DNA of 64,000 bases. Source: a virus. The translations under genes were made by a program, and so were the position numbers. Positions 46,126 to 55,440 of the stretch are shown one piece after another. Each line of letters opens with the position of its first letter. Positions within the stretch are counted from its first letter, which is position 1. Below the pieces are notes generated by a model, which ran no database searches, was not told the origin of the DNA, and saw only the letters and a program-made list of their open reading frames with translations. The stretch is taken from the IMG/VR virus record IMGVR_UViG_3300018018_000001, positions 117,622-181,621 of that record; one strand, given 5' to 3'.

Positions 46126-46962
46126 ATGAAAAGAATTGCTGTATTTTTTATTTTGATAATGCTGGTATTTGCACCGTCAGCTTTTTCTCAAACTGTTAGC
46201 GCAACAAATTCTGCACAGTCTCAGATTGGGATAGTTTCCAATCCAAGTATTACACAGAATTATCCTGCTGCTAATGAGGGACAAGGCCGATGGTTCGTAT
46301 CTCCAGTGCAACCCTACAATGCCCCTGTTCTTCCATATCTTGGCCCCTGGAGTTCTGGGTCCAATATCATTGAGGACTTGAGGGTATTGCCTGAAGTGAT
46401 TACAAGGGAACAGGCTTTGAAGATGTATAAGGGTGGGGTAGAGGCCAGAATTAGTAAAATGGCCGACTTTTCCTACCAGTTTGAAACCTGTAAACTGATG
46501 AATCAGTTACCCATGAAAGAGCTTCTAGCCAATGATGGGAAGCCTGTTGTTCAATTATTCCCAGTTTTGGACCAGAATGGGAAAGCCATTCTTGATAAGG
46601 ATGGTAAGCCCTTGATGCAGCAGAAGTCTGTCATGGTTCCCGATGAATCAAAATTCAAGAGGGTGGCCTTTATTTTCCTACAGGGAGATGCAAATGCTAC
46701 TACTGTTGACGTAATTGCTAAAGCCATTATCGAAGCTACCAATGATAATATGGGTGCTACTGGCATCTACCTAGTTAAGAAAGTAACTTCTACCGCTACC
46801 AGATCCACAGGATGGGGGGTAGGATTTAGTGGTGTTGCCGGACAACTTGGTGGCCAGGGTGCAACCAATTCTCAAGCTGGTGCCTTTGGTACAGGCTATA
46901 ACAGAGCCACTGCTGAACCTCTTTACAAAGAGGGGATGGTGGTATTAGCCGTTCAAGAGTAA
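46126..46962 (+). CDS. Secreted hypothetical protein
   Basis: Sec signal ending SAFS; C-terminal Gly-rich beta segment TGWGVGFSG...GAFGTGYN. Confidence 0.75.
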   Translation: MKRIAVFFILIMLVFAPSAFSQTVSATNSAQSQIGIVSNPSITQNYPAANEGQGRWFVSPVQPYNAPVLPYLGPWSSGSNIIEDLRVLPEVITREQALKMYKGGVEARISKMADFSYQFETCKLMNQLPMKELLANDGKPVVQLFPVLDQNGKAILDKDGKPLMQQKSVMVPDESKFKRVAFIFLQGDANATTVDVIAKAIIEATNDNMGATGIYLVKKVTSTATRSTGWGVGFSGVAGQLGGQGATNSQAGAFGTGYNRATAEPLYKEGMVVLAVQE

Positions 46963-46969
46963 TTTAACA

Positions 46970-47251
46970 ATGAAAACACTATCTTGGGCCTTCATATTGG
47001 TAATTCTTTTAACCCCATCATTGGCCTTAGCGATAGACCAATGCTCTGATAACAGGGAAGTTAGAATACTGATGAGGGAAGTAAAGAATTGTCAGGATCT
47101 ATTATCCTCAGATAAAAGCCTTACGGCTAAAGCTAGGATGGACTTACAAAGTCATATATCCAAGACTACCAAGAAGGCCCAAGAGTTGTGTGCTGAAGAG
47201 AAAAGGATTAAGCTTGAAATACTGAAATCTAATATTATGGGTAAAAAATGA
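46970..47251 (+). CDS. Small secreted protein
   Basis: Signal ending ALA; three Cys. Confidence 0.65.
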   Translation: MKTLSWAFILVILLTPSLALAIDQCSDNREVRILMREVKNCQDLLSSDKSLTAKARMDLQSHISKTTKKAQELCAEEKRIKLEILKSNIMGKK

Positions 47252-47388
47252 TTCTTAATTTTTTCCATGTTTATTATGTTCCTCTTAAGATGGTGTCTGA
47301 TTTGGTGGTAACTATTGTTGCCATATTAGGATTTTTCTACCTTAGGGGTGTCTATAAAATCCTAAAAAATCTTAACAAGAAAAAATTC

Positions 47389-47416
47389 TAAACTTTCCCT
47401 GTTATCCTGCCGATAA
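47389..47416 (+). promoter_or_regulatory. sigma28-like promoter P10
   Basis: TAAA-N16-GCCGATAA; TAA ends the small ORF 47248-47391. Confidence 0.85.
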
Positions 47417-47477
47417 GAATATTAGAGAGTTAAATAATTAAAATGACTGAAATTCAAAGAATTAAAAGGAGATAACT

Positions 47478-47807
47478 ATGGGAATTAGATGTTATCAAGA
47501 GATTGGTTTAAAACCTGAAGCAAGGAAGTTTCTCCATGAGAATTGTAAAATGCTTCCTAATTTAGTTTGTCCTGATTGTGGTAAAGTGATTTCTATGAAA
47601 ATGGATTGTGAGGTTTATGAGCAGAGAGAGGATTTTTATGAGAATGGACCAAATCTAAAAAAGTATGCCCTGAAGGATGGGACAGTGGCTTTTGAGGTAG
47701 TCCAGGCTGAACCTTGGAGCAGTGGTCCTGTTGCCTTTTTCTATCTTGAGATTGATGGAAAAAAAATGTTTACCTGGAGTGAATCCGAAATAAGTGACAA
47801 TTTATGA
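47478..47807 (+). CDS. Hypothetical protein
   Basis: AAGGAG RBS; CPDC; QAEPWSSGP. Confidence 0.7.
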   Translation: MGIRCYQEIGLKPEARKFLHENCKMLPNLVCPDCGKVISMKMDCEVYEQREDFYENGPNLKKYALKDGTVAFEVVQAEPWSSGPVAFFYLEIDGKKMFTWSESEISDNL

Positions 47808-48013
47808 TTGGTGAGTGTATGATTTGCCATATGGTTCAAGAGGTAAGGCACCTTCCCCTGTATGTCCGGGGGAGTGAGGGATTAGACGTATGCCATTTTT
47901 GTGAGATGGTCTTGGTGGAAGCGATTAGGGAAATGATAAATATTGCTAACAGATCCAGGTTGGTTGTCCATAAGAGAATTCATGAAGTGGCCAAAGAGGA
48001 TAAAAAATTATGA
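47804..48013 (+). CDS. Small zinc-finger protein
   Basis: CMIC...GSEGL.VCHFC. Confidence 0.65.
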   Translation: MIGECMICHMVQEVRHLPLYVRGSEGLDVCHFCEMVLVEAIREMINIANRSRLVVHKRIHEVAKEDKKL

Positions 48014-48906
48014 GTATGCTTCTTAAAAGACTTCAGGATAAAAATCTAATATCTCCACCGTCCTTTCTAGTCTCTAGTACCCAGTATCTTGTCCTGATGG
48101 GATCTGAGGCATACGGAGTGGCGATTGATAAGTCTGACCGGGACGTTTATGGGTTCTGCATACCAAATAAGGACATTATTTTCCCTCATTTGGCTGGGGA
48201 AATTTTAGGGTTTGGGAAGCAAATAAATAGATTTGAGCAGTTTCAGCAGCATCATGTTGAGGATAAAGAGACTAAGAATATGTATGACCTGTCAATTTAT
48301 AATATTGTTAGGTATTTTCATCTTGTGATGGAGGGGAATCCTAATATGCAAGACTCTCTCTGGGTTCCTCAAAGATGCACTCTTCATATTACTAGGGTTG
48401 GGCAAATGGTAAGGGATAGTAGAAAGATGTTTCTGAGTAAAGCTTGCTACCATAAATTCCGGGGATATGCATTTTCTCAGCTTCATAAGGCTGATACAAA
48501 GGTTCCAATTGGAAAGAGAAAAGAGACTATCGCTGAATTTGGAACGGACACGAAGTTCCTCTATCATGTAATAAGATTGCTTCTGGAATGTGAGCAAATA
48601 TTGGAAACTGGTGAACTTAATTTGGAGAGAGATAGAGAGATGTTAAAAGAAATTCGTAGAGGAGGATGGACTCTTGAACAAATAAAGGATTATTTTACTG
48701 CTAAAGAGAGATCCTTAGAGGAATTATATAATAAAAGTACATTACCTTGGGGTCCAGATGAAGATAAGATTAAGGACTTACTTTTGGCTTGTTTAGAGGA
48801 ATATTTTGGTTCGTTAGATAAAACTATTGTAAGACCTGATTCTTATAAGAAGTTAGTACAAGAACTTGGATCTTTGTTTGAAAAGCATAAAGGTGCATTA
48901 CAATGA
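48010..48906 (+). CDS. Predicted nucleotidyltransferase (PF10127/RlaP-like)
   Basis: GSEAYG...SDRDVYG, EGNPNMQDSL, KFLYHVIRLL. Confidence 0.85.
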   Translation: MSMLLKRLQDKNLISPPSFLVSSTQYLVLMGSEAYGVAIDKSDRDVYGFCIPNKDIIFPHLAGEILGFGKQINRFEQFQQHHVEDKETKNMYDLSIYNIVRYFHLVMEGNPNMQDSLWVPQRCTLHITRVGQMVRDSRKMFLSKACYHKFRGYAFSQLHKADTKVPIGKRKETIAEFGTDTKFLYHVIRLLLECEQILETGELNLERDREMLKEIRRGGWTLEQIKDYFTAKERSLEELYNKSTLPWGPDEDKIKDLLLACLEEYFGSLDKTIVRPDSYKKLVQELGSLFEKHKGALQ

Positions 48907-48940
48907 GAGAAATTCCTATTGTAAATATTCAAAGAATAGC

Positions 48941-48968
48941 TAAAGTTTTTCCCCTTTCTGGCCGATAA
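48941..48968 (+). promoter_or_regulatory. sigma28-like promoter P11
   Basis: TAAAGTTT-N12-GCCGATAA. Confidence 0.85.
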
Positions 48969-49000
48969 GATAGGTAGAGGATAAACAAAGGAGATTAAAA

Positions 49001-49189
49001 ATGGAAAAAATGTTTTTGCATAGTAAATGTTGTGGTGGGCACTGGGAGTTAGCTAGGAATGAGGATGGTAGCTATGACTTAGAGTACCTAGAATGTGGTA
49101 AACCAGTTGGACCAAGTGTGAAAGTTACTGGCCCAGAATTGGGAGATTGCGAATGTGAGGAGTGTAAAAAAACAAGGAAATATAACTAA
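49001..49189 (+). CDS. Small Cys-rich protein
   Basis: AAGGAG RBS; HSKCC, CECEEC. Confidence 0.65.
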   Translation: MEKMFLHSKCCGGHWELARNEDGSYDLEYLECGKPVGPSVKVTGPELGDCECEECKKTRKYN

Positions 49190-49203
49190 ATGGGAGTAAG
49201 AAA

Positions 49204-49596
49204 ATGACAAAAGATGAACAAGTAGTAATGCTAAAGAAAGTTCAAGATTGGTTAATGAAAGATCTTGAAGTTGATGCTGAAGAACTTGATTTTCAAGTGG
49301 AGGAAGATTTTGTTTTCCTTTATAGTACATGGATGTTTAATATTTCTATCCATGAGGATGAACTATTAGTTTCTTTTGACTTGGATGTTCAACCTGATAC
49401 TTCTGCTATTGTTATTAGATCTTTGTTGAAGGGTGGATTTGATCCTACAATTTGTGAGTGCTACTGGATTTGCCCAAATTGTAATGATACCCATTGGGGT
49501 GATGAAGCATATGAGAATAGAGAAAGACTAAGATATATTGAATATGGGTCAAACACAGAAACGGGAGAAGAGAAAGAGCAAGAATTTCACTGCTGA
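49204..49596 (+). CDS. Acidic hypothetical protein
   Basis: ORF; CPNC. Confidence 0.65.
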   Translation: MTKDEQVVMLKKVQDWLMKDLEVDAEELDFQVEEDFVFLYSTWMFNISIHEDELLVSFDLDVQPDTSAIVIRSLLKGGFDPTICECYWICPNCNDTHWGDEAYENRERLRYIEYGSNTETGEEKEQEFHC

Positions 49597-49606
49597 GAAA
49601 GTTAAA

Positions 49607-49861
49607 ATGGAAGAAAAAGTAATTTTCAATAGGGAATATTTCTTGGATCAGGTGGTTCACTTCAGGGAAATGATGGGAACCAAAACCTTCTGGGCTGATT
49701 TGGAAAGGGCATCCAGAGGCATGTATGCAATGATTCATTTGTATGCCAACTATTCCAGGGATAAGAGTTATGAGGCTGAGGACGAAACAACAATGAGGGC
49801 TTTGACTATTGAATATGATCGAAGATTGGCTTTGGTCATGCTAAGAGAAATATTATGTTAA
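49607..49861 (+). CDS. Hypothetical protein
   Basis: ORF; start adjusted. Confidence 0.55.
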   Translation: MEEKVIFNREYFLDQVVHFREMMGTKTFWADLERASRGMYAMIHLYANYSRDKSYEAEDETTMRALTIEYDRRLALVMLREILC

Positions 49862-50115
49862 ATAGAGAACAAAGAAAGAGGATAATAGAATATTTAATTG
49901 AAAATTATGGAAGAGACTTTGATAAGTGGAAGCCTGTAGCAGTACAAAAAGTAAGTGAAACTGAGTATAATGAAATTAGTTTTAATCTTTTTATTTGTGA
50001 GGAAAAAATATCTAAATATACAGTTTTTGAAGATGGACCATTTAGAGATAAAAGGGAAGCAGAAAGAATTCTCAAAAAAATGAAAGTTGGAGAAATAAAA
50101 TTGATTTTGTTATGA
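49855..50115 (+). CDS. Hypothetical protein
   Basis: ORF. Confidence 0.55.
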   Translation: MLNREQRKRIIEYLIENYGRDFDKWKPVAVQKVSETEYNEISFNLFICEEKISKYTVFEDGPFRDKREAERILKKMKVGEIKLILL

Positions 50116-50879
50116 AAAAGAAATTAAAAAGACCATCCTGTTCTAAATGTGGGGAAAAACCTCAGAGTTGTGGACAGATCTGGTATTGTCCAAGATGTAG
50201 AAAATCTTGGAAAAAAATATATCATCCTAAGAAAATAATTCCTTCACCTTCTTGTAAGTATTGTGGTAGTGAACACACTCAGAGCCATGGAAGACACTGG
50301 CGTTGTTATAAGTGTAGGAAGTCCTGGTCTAAAAATCCAAAACCTAGAAAAAGGAAGTATGGTCCACCTTGTTTTCATTGTAAAAGTAGAGATACACAGA
50401 GTAAAGGACCAGAGAGTTGGTTGTGTTTGACTTGTAAAAGAACCTTTCCAAAAAACCCCCGGCCAGACCCAATAATTGGTCCTCCTTGCTCTTGTGGATC
50501 TAAAAGAGTTCATCTTATTCATTCTTCTACTGGAGAAAGGTGGCACTGTTTAGATTGTAGGAAATCTCAGTATGTAAATCTAAAACCAAAAAAAATAATA
50601 CCCGCTCCCTCTTGTAAATGTGGATCTTCTGATACACATTCAAAAGGTGATTCTTGGGTATGTTATACATGCCATAAAACATGGAAAAAAGAGTATAAAC
50701 TAAAAATATATGCTATAAAAAAAGGTCCTGTATTGTGTAAGTGTGGGTCTTCTCATACAGGATCAGCAGGTAATTGTCAATGGAGATGCCATGATTGTGG
50801 GATAAGTTGGATGAAATATCCTATTAGATACATTCCCCCAACTCTTGAAGAAACTATTAAACCTATAATTTGGAGGTAG
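50112..50879 (+). CDS. Six-repeat C4 zinc-ribbon protein
   Basis: Six units of Cx1-2CGS..T.S.G..W.Cx2C.K[ST]W joined by basic, Pro-rich linkers. Confidence 0.8.
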   Translation: MKKKLKRPSCSKCGEKPQSCGQIWYCPRCRKSWKKIYHPKKIIPSPSCKYCGSEHTQSHGRHWRCYKCRKSWSKNPKPRKRKYGPPCFHCKSRDTQSKGPESWLCLTCKRTFPKNPRPDPIIGPPCSCGSKRVHLIHSSTGERWHCLDCRKSQYVNLKPKKIIPAPSCKCGSSDTHSKGDSWVCYTCHKTWKKEYKLKIYAIKKGPVLCKCGSSHTGSAGNCQWRCHDCGISWMKYPIRYIPPTLEETIKPIIWR

Positions 50880-50881
50880 TT

Positions 50882-51694
50882 ATGAGTTACAAAGTTAAGG
50901 AATTTAAAAAGAAATATGTCAGGAGATTTGCCGGAGTTGCCGATTTGCATGTTGGATCAGGTTACGCAATTCTTCCCAAAATGGTGAGTTTAAGAGAGGG
51001 AGGAAGTCTCTATCCAAGTCCAGAGGAAGAATTAATTTGGTCCTATTGGAAAGATTTTAATGATCAATGTAATGAACTTGAGGTTGATACTGCCATTATT
51101 AATGGAGATATTATTCATGGAACTAATCACAAAGATGATGGCCGGAGTGTTATTTTTGGTAAGATAAATCTTCAAATTGAAGTGGCTGTAGAAATATTAA
51201 GACCATTTTGTAATGGAAGGCAATCGTGGTTTTTTCAAGGTTCTGAATATCATTCAGGAAGTCCTAATAATGATTTTGAAGAAAACATTTGTAAAGAACT
51301 CAAGGGAGAATGGTTTGGTCAATCGGCAACAATAGGAATTAAGCCAATTAATAAGGTTATTCAAATTACTCATGCTACTAGTACATCTCCTAAAGAAGAA
51401 ATTAAGACTGTAGATGCAAATAAAGGCGTTGAGAAAGGCCCCAAAATAGATTTGCTTATCAAAGCGCATAAACATGGCTATTTTTGTTTCCAAACTGATT
51501 CGGCAACAGTAGTTCAACTACCTTGTTGGACTGGATTTGAGCCTTCAAGAATTACAAGAAAAAGAGAAAATGAATATCTATATACTCATACTATTGGTGG
51601 GGTATTATTCCTCTTTGACGAAAAAGGAAATCTGGAAGTTAAACCTATTCTGAAAACAAGAAAAGGTGAGCCTTATAGGGTGGTAAAGAAATAG
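50882..51694 (+). CDS. Calcineurin-like metallophosphoesterase
   Basis: VADLHVG, NGDIIHG, QGSEYH, ITHA, AHKH. Confidence 0.8.
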   Translation: MSYKVKEFKKKYVRRFAGVADLHVGSGYAILPKMVSLREGGSLYPSPEEELIWSYWKDFNDQCNELEVDTAIINGDIIHGTNHKDDGRSVIFGKINLQIEVAVEILRPFCNGRQSWFFQGSEYHSGSPNNDFEENICKELKGEWFGQSATIGIKPINKVIQITHATSTSPKEEIKTVDANKGVEKGPKIDLLIKAHKHGYFCFQTDSATVVQLPCWTGFEPSRITRKRENEYLYTHTIGGVLFLFDEKGNLEVKPILKTRKGEPYRVVKK

Positions 51695-51695
51695 C

Positions 51696-51723
51696 TAAAC
51701 TTTCTTATTAATTATTCCGATAA
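51696..51723 (+). promoter_or_regulatory. sigma28-like promoter P12
   Basis: TAAA-N16-TCCGATAA. Confidence 0.75.
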
Positions 51724-51745
51724 GACATATAGAGGGAGGCAGAAA

Positions 51746-51913
51746 ATGAAAAGAATGATTGGTTTAGTTTTAGTAACTTTGATACTGTCAGGATGTGCTA
51801 TAGCCATTAATGCCCCGGCAAGTATCCATGTATTCAACCATGACTTATGTGATAGTCAAAACCATGGCTCTAAAATGGAGACAGGTAAAATTAAAAAAGG
51901 AGATACAAAGTGA
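51746..51913 (+). CDS. Small lipoprotein (55 aa)
   Basis: GGGAGG RBS; lipobox LSGC. Confidence 0.7.
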   Translation: MKRMIGLVLVTLILSGCAIAINAPASIHVFNHDLCDSQNHGSKMETGKIKKGDTK

Positions 51914-52419
51914 AAAAATGGTTTGGAATTTGTTTGGTGATGGGAGCATTTTTAATGTCAGGGTGTTCTACTTATGTAGGAAGAGTAGCGGGAACACTAC
52001 CTAAAATAAATTCTGGTGATGATTATGTAACCATACATATTCTCCGAAAGTCTGGTCATATGGGATGTGAGTATGGAGAATCTATAAGAATAAATGGACA
52101 GGTGATTTATATCCTTGGCTGCGGAGAACGAATTGTTTTTCGTGTTCCTGTTGGACAAGATTTAGGGATGTCAATATCCGGGAAGTTAATTATAGCAAGC
52201 AAAAACCAGACAGATAAGGTCGCCCGAAATTACAATGTCAATATTAAGCACCCACAAAAAGATCAGCACTATTTCTTTGGATGCGATTGTCACCCGGGAG
52301 CATGTTGGTTTGGTAAAGTTACTCAAGAAGAATATGAAAAAGCAGACTTTTTGGAACTTGATGAACCTTCTGATATTTCTGAGGAAAGGAATTTAAGTGG
52401 AGAGAAGGAAATAAAATGA
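51910..52419 (+). CDS. Lipoprotein
   Basis: Lipobox MSGC. Confidence 0.75.
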   Translation: MKKWFGICLVMGAFLMSGCSTYVGRVAGTLPKINSGDDYVTIHILRKSGHMGCEYGESIRINGQVIYILGCGERIVFRVPVGQDLGMSISGKLIIASKNQTDKVARNYNVNIKHPQKDQHYFFGCDCHPGACWFGKVTQEEYEKADFLELDEPSDISEERNLSGEKEIK

Positions 52420-52874
52420 AGAAAATGATTATGATAGTAATGGTATTGACAATGCTCATTGGTGGATGTGCTACCAGTGGATTAAGATTTAGTGAAACAA
52501 ATATTGGAAAAGTGCCTGAAGATCCTGAACAAGGAAGAGTATTCTTTTATCGTCCTTCATCTTTTGGGTCAGCAATACAACCAGAAGTTATGCTTAATAA
52601 TGAAGGAGTGGGTGAAGCAATATCTTGGGGGTTTTTCTATGTTGATCGGCCAGCAGGAGATTATACTGTGTTAATTCAAACAGAAGTAGTCAAAAAGTGT
52701 AAATTTGTATTGGAAAAAGGTCATACGATTTATATTAAAATTTCTTCAGGATTAGGGTTTATTATGGCAAGAATAAGTCCAGAAATAGTTGATGAAGTAA
52801 CTGCTCTTGATGAATTAAAAAGTTTAAGATATATAGGTGATCAAGAAATTAAATCTAAGGAGGGATTAAAATGA
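52416..52874 (+). CDS. DUF2846-like lipoprotein
   Basis: Lipobox IGGC; GRVFFYRPSSFGSAIQPEV..GFFYVDRPAGDY. Confidence 0.8.
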   Translation: MKKMIMIVMVLTMLIGGCATSGLRFSETNIGKVPEDPEQGRVFFYRPSSFGSAIQPEVMLNNEGVGEAISWGFFYVDRPAGDYTVLIQTEVVKKCKFVLEKGHTIYIKISSGLGFIMARISPEIVDEVTALDELKSLRYIGDQEIKSKEGLK

Positions 52875-53071
52875 TTGGAGGAATTATTGGTGGAATTGTT
52901 TGTATATGTGGTGGAATTTATCTTGCCAGTATAAAGGCAGCAGCAGTGAATAGCATAATTGAATCTCTTGCGAATGGTATAGGTTGGTATTGTATGGGAA
53001 AAGGAATTTGTCTTATTTCCCAAGCAATACAGTTATCCAGGATTGGAAATCTTCTTGAAAACAAAAAATAA
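52871..53071 (+). CDS. Small membrane protein
   Basis: Two hydrophobic segments. Confidence 0.6.
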   Translation: MIGGIIGGIVCICGGIYLASIKAAAVNSIIESLANGIGWYCMGKGICLISQAIQLSRIGNLLENKK

Positions 53072-53089
53072 ATAAGGAGAATAAAAACA

Positions 53090-53977
53090 ATGAGTTACAT
53101 GGACATGGATCAGCTTTACAAAAACAGGGACATAATGCTATTTCGGGAAGCCTATGCCCTTGAAAAAATTCATGGGACCAGTGCTCATATCATTTGGAAA
53201 TCCCCCATTGTGGAAGGATGGAAAGAAGGAAAGGTTTCTTTATTCCCTGGAGGTTCTGATTATCCATCTTTCTCTGCTCTATTCAATCTTGAGGATCTTA
53301 AGGCCAAGTTTACTGAGCGTTTCCTTGATCGGGATGTTGTTATATATGGAGAGGTGTACGGTGGAAAGATGATGGACATGAGTGACACCTATGGACCCAA
53401 ATTGAAATTCATTGTCTTTGAAGTCAAGATAGGGGAGCATAGCTTTCTTAATGTTCCTCATGCAGAAAAGGTGGCCCTGGAATTCGGCCTTGAGTTTGTT
53501 CCCTATGAAAAGATTTCTACTGACATAGCCTCCCTGGATGCCGAAAGGGATGCTCCTTCTATCCAAGCTATTAGAAATGGTATGGGTTATGATAAGAAGA
53601 GGGAGGGAATAGTCCTGAGGCCCCTGATTGAGGTTAGAAAGAACAATGGCCAGCGGGTAATCTCAAAGCACAAGGCAGAAGATTTCAAGGAAACCAAGAC
53701 CCCACGTAAGCTTGATGCTGAGAAGCTTGCTATCCTGTCTAAGGCAGAGGATATAGCCGAAGAGTGGGCTACCCCAATGCGCCTTGTTCATGTCCTGGAT
53801 AAATTCCCCATAACTGCTGGCATGGAGCAGCTTGGGGAAATCATAGTGGCTATGATAAAGGACATTGAAAAGGAAGCTGGTGGAGAGGTAGAGAATTTCA
53901 AGGAAGCCAGGAAGGCTATTGGAAAGAAAACTGCAGAAATGTTTAAGGAAAGGTTTAAAAGTGGATTGCAGCCATGA
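53090..53977 (+). CDS. ATP-dependent RNA ligase (Rnl2 family)
   Basis: Motif I EKIHGT, III YGEVYG, IIIa FIVFEV, IV REGIVLRP, V ISKHK. Confidence 0.85.
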   Translation: MSYMDMDQLYKNRDIMLFREAYALEKIHGTSAHIIWKSPIVEGWKEGKVSLFPGGSDYPSFSALFNLEDLKAKFTERFLDRDVVIYGEVYGGKMMDMSDTYGPKLKFIVFEVKIGEHSFLNVPHAEKVALEFGLEFVPYEKISTDIASLDAERDAPSIQAIRNGMGYDKKREGIVLRPLIEVRKNNGQRVISKHKAEDFKETKTPRKLDAEKLAILSKAEDIAEEWATPMRLVHVLDKFPITAGMEQLGEIIVAMIKDIEKEAGGEVENFKEARKAIGKKTAEMFKERFKSGLQP

Positions 53978-54207
53978 AAGAATTGAACTTTGATTCTGAA
54001 CTCTGCAGGGTTTGTCAAGAGCACATGGTTTGTGATGCCCAGTCAGAAGAGGTAGTGGAGGAAATGGCTGAGCTTACATTCTTTAATGAATTTTGTTCTC
54101 CTTGCTTTGACCGATGCCCTTGTTGCGGATGTGAGGTTTCTGATGAAACACGGGAGGACAAAGATTATGAATTAAGGGCAATTAACTATATGAGGGAGGA
54201 TGACTAA
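53974..54207 (+). CDS. Small Cys-rich protein
   Basis: CRVC, CSPC, CPCCGC. Confidence 0.6.
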   Translation: MKELNFDSELCRVCQEHMVCDAQSEEVVEEMAELTFFNEFCSPCFDRCPCCGCEVSDETREDKDYELRAINYMREDD

Positions 54208-54446
54208 TGCCTGAGTTAAAGAATTTTGAGAAAGTACCAATTTCCCAAAGGCTTTTAAATTCATTGAAAGGTTTTGGTGGGATGTTTTCCAGGAATGAAG
54301 AAGTCAATCCGATGAAACCTATAACTTCTAAGGAGAGGAAAAAGAGAAACAAGATGCAGAGAATGAAAGCAGAATCCCGAAGGGCAAATAGGCCGGTAAA
54401 GAAAAACAGGCCCGTACCAAAGCCTGGAAAGAAGAGATATTTATAA
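54207..54446 (+). CDS. Small basic protein
   Basis: Lys/Arg-rich C-terminus. Confidence 0.6.
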   Translation: MPELKNFEKVPISQRLLNSLKGFGGMFSRNEEVNPMKPITSKERKKRNKMQRMKAESRRANRPVKKNRPVPKPGKKRYL

Positions 54447-54637
54447 TGGATTGGGAAATGATTGATGGATTCCATTTTAGGTTAAAGGTTCCAGGGGGGT
54501 GGATATTTAAAGTCCTGGAGGAGGTAGTCCATAATCATCCCAATCATGGATTTACTCCTGGATGGGATTGGAGAGTGGCAATATGTTTCATTCCAGATCC
54601 CGATCATCTTTGGATAGTGGAAAAGAAAGTGACATAA
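54446..54637 (+). CDS. Hypothetical protein
   Basis: RLKVPGGW..FIPDPDH.W. Confidence 0.65.
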   Translation: MDWEMIDGFHFRLKVPGGWIFKVLEEVVHNHPNHGFTPGWDWRVAICFIPDPDHLWIVEKKVT

Positions 54638-54644
54638 AATGTCA
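54630..54644. promoter_or_regulatory. Palindromic operator candidate O3
   Basis: (G)TGACAT-AAA-ATGTCA(C), 15 nt upstream of P13. Confidence 0.6.
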
Positions 54645-54659
54645 CTATTAAAATATTCC

Positions 54660-54687
54660 TAAACTATTTCTATCCTCTTGCCGAAGA
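54660..54687 (+). promoter_or_regulatory. sigma28-like promoter P13
   Basis: TAAA-N16-GCCGAAGA; nearly identical to P2. Confidence 0.8.
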
Positions 54688-54708
54688 GATATATAAAGGG
54701 AGGGAAAA

Positions 54709-54918
54709 ATGACTGAGAAACAATTAATAAGTATGACTTTTGAGGAATTGGTGGATAATGTATCCAGGGACCTTCACTCTGCATTGTTAGAGGGTGGTGG
54801 TAAAGAGTTTAAGGCAAGAGTCCATCTATGGCTTGGTCAGGCCATTTACTGGAGTAAGGAATCTAAGGAGGCTCAAAGTGGCAAAGGGAAAAAAGACTGT
54901 AAAGGTAGCAGAAATTAG
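54709..54918 (+). CDS. Hypothetical protein
   Basis: GGGAGGG RBS after P13. Confidence 0.65.
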   Translation: MTEKQLISMTFEELVDNVSRDLHSALLEGGGKEFKARVHLWLGQAIYWSKESKEAQSGKGKKDCKGSRN

Positions 54919-55153
54919 GTCCAGGGTTAATAATCTCTTAGCAAGGGAGAATCTCTCTCAGGAAACCAAATCTGTTCTTTGCAGCATTCTTGAATCAATC
55001 CTGATGGATACCAATAATTACCATGGATTCAATCATATCTACTGGTGTAATAAGGGTTGTAAAGAATGGGAAGATGCTGGTAAGCCTGAGGATGAAACCA
55101 AGAATCAGTTCATCATTGGAAACCTTGGAGAGTATGCCCGAAGCTATTATTAG
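54878..55153 (+). CDS. Hypothetical protein
   Basis: AAGGAGG RBS, GTG start; LESILMDTNNYHGF. Confidence 0.65.
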   Translation: MAKGKKTVKVAEIRSRVNNLLARENLSQETKSVLCSILESILMDTNNYHGFNHIYWCNKGCKEWEDAGKPEDETKNQFIIGNLGEYARSYY

Positions 55154-55161
55154 GAGGTAAC

Positions 55162-55440
55162 ATGGATAGCAGATGTAAATATGTCATGTTCGATGATTTT
55201 AATCCTCAGCTTTTTCATGAGGGTCTTACCCATGAGCATATTGCCAATATATTCCAATATACTTATCATAAACCGACTTCAGCGGAGTTTGTCCAGATAT
55301 ACCTTAAGAGAAATGAGGATGGTTCTACTGAGATTGACATTTGCACTTATGGGGAATCCGTATTCCTGAAGCTTAAATCCAAGCCAGAAGACGCTGATAT
55401 AATCAAAAGGATGTTTGGGTTAAAGGAGATAGAATTCTAA
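55162..55440 (+). CDS. Hypothetical protein
   Basis: AGGAGGT RBS; KYVMFD, CTYGESVFLKLKS. Confidence 0.7.
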   Translation: MDSRCKYVMFDDFNPQLFHEGLTHEHIANIFQYTYHKPTSAEFVQIYLKRNEDGSTEIDICTYGESVFLKLKSKPEDADIIKRMFGLKEIEF

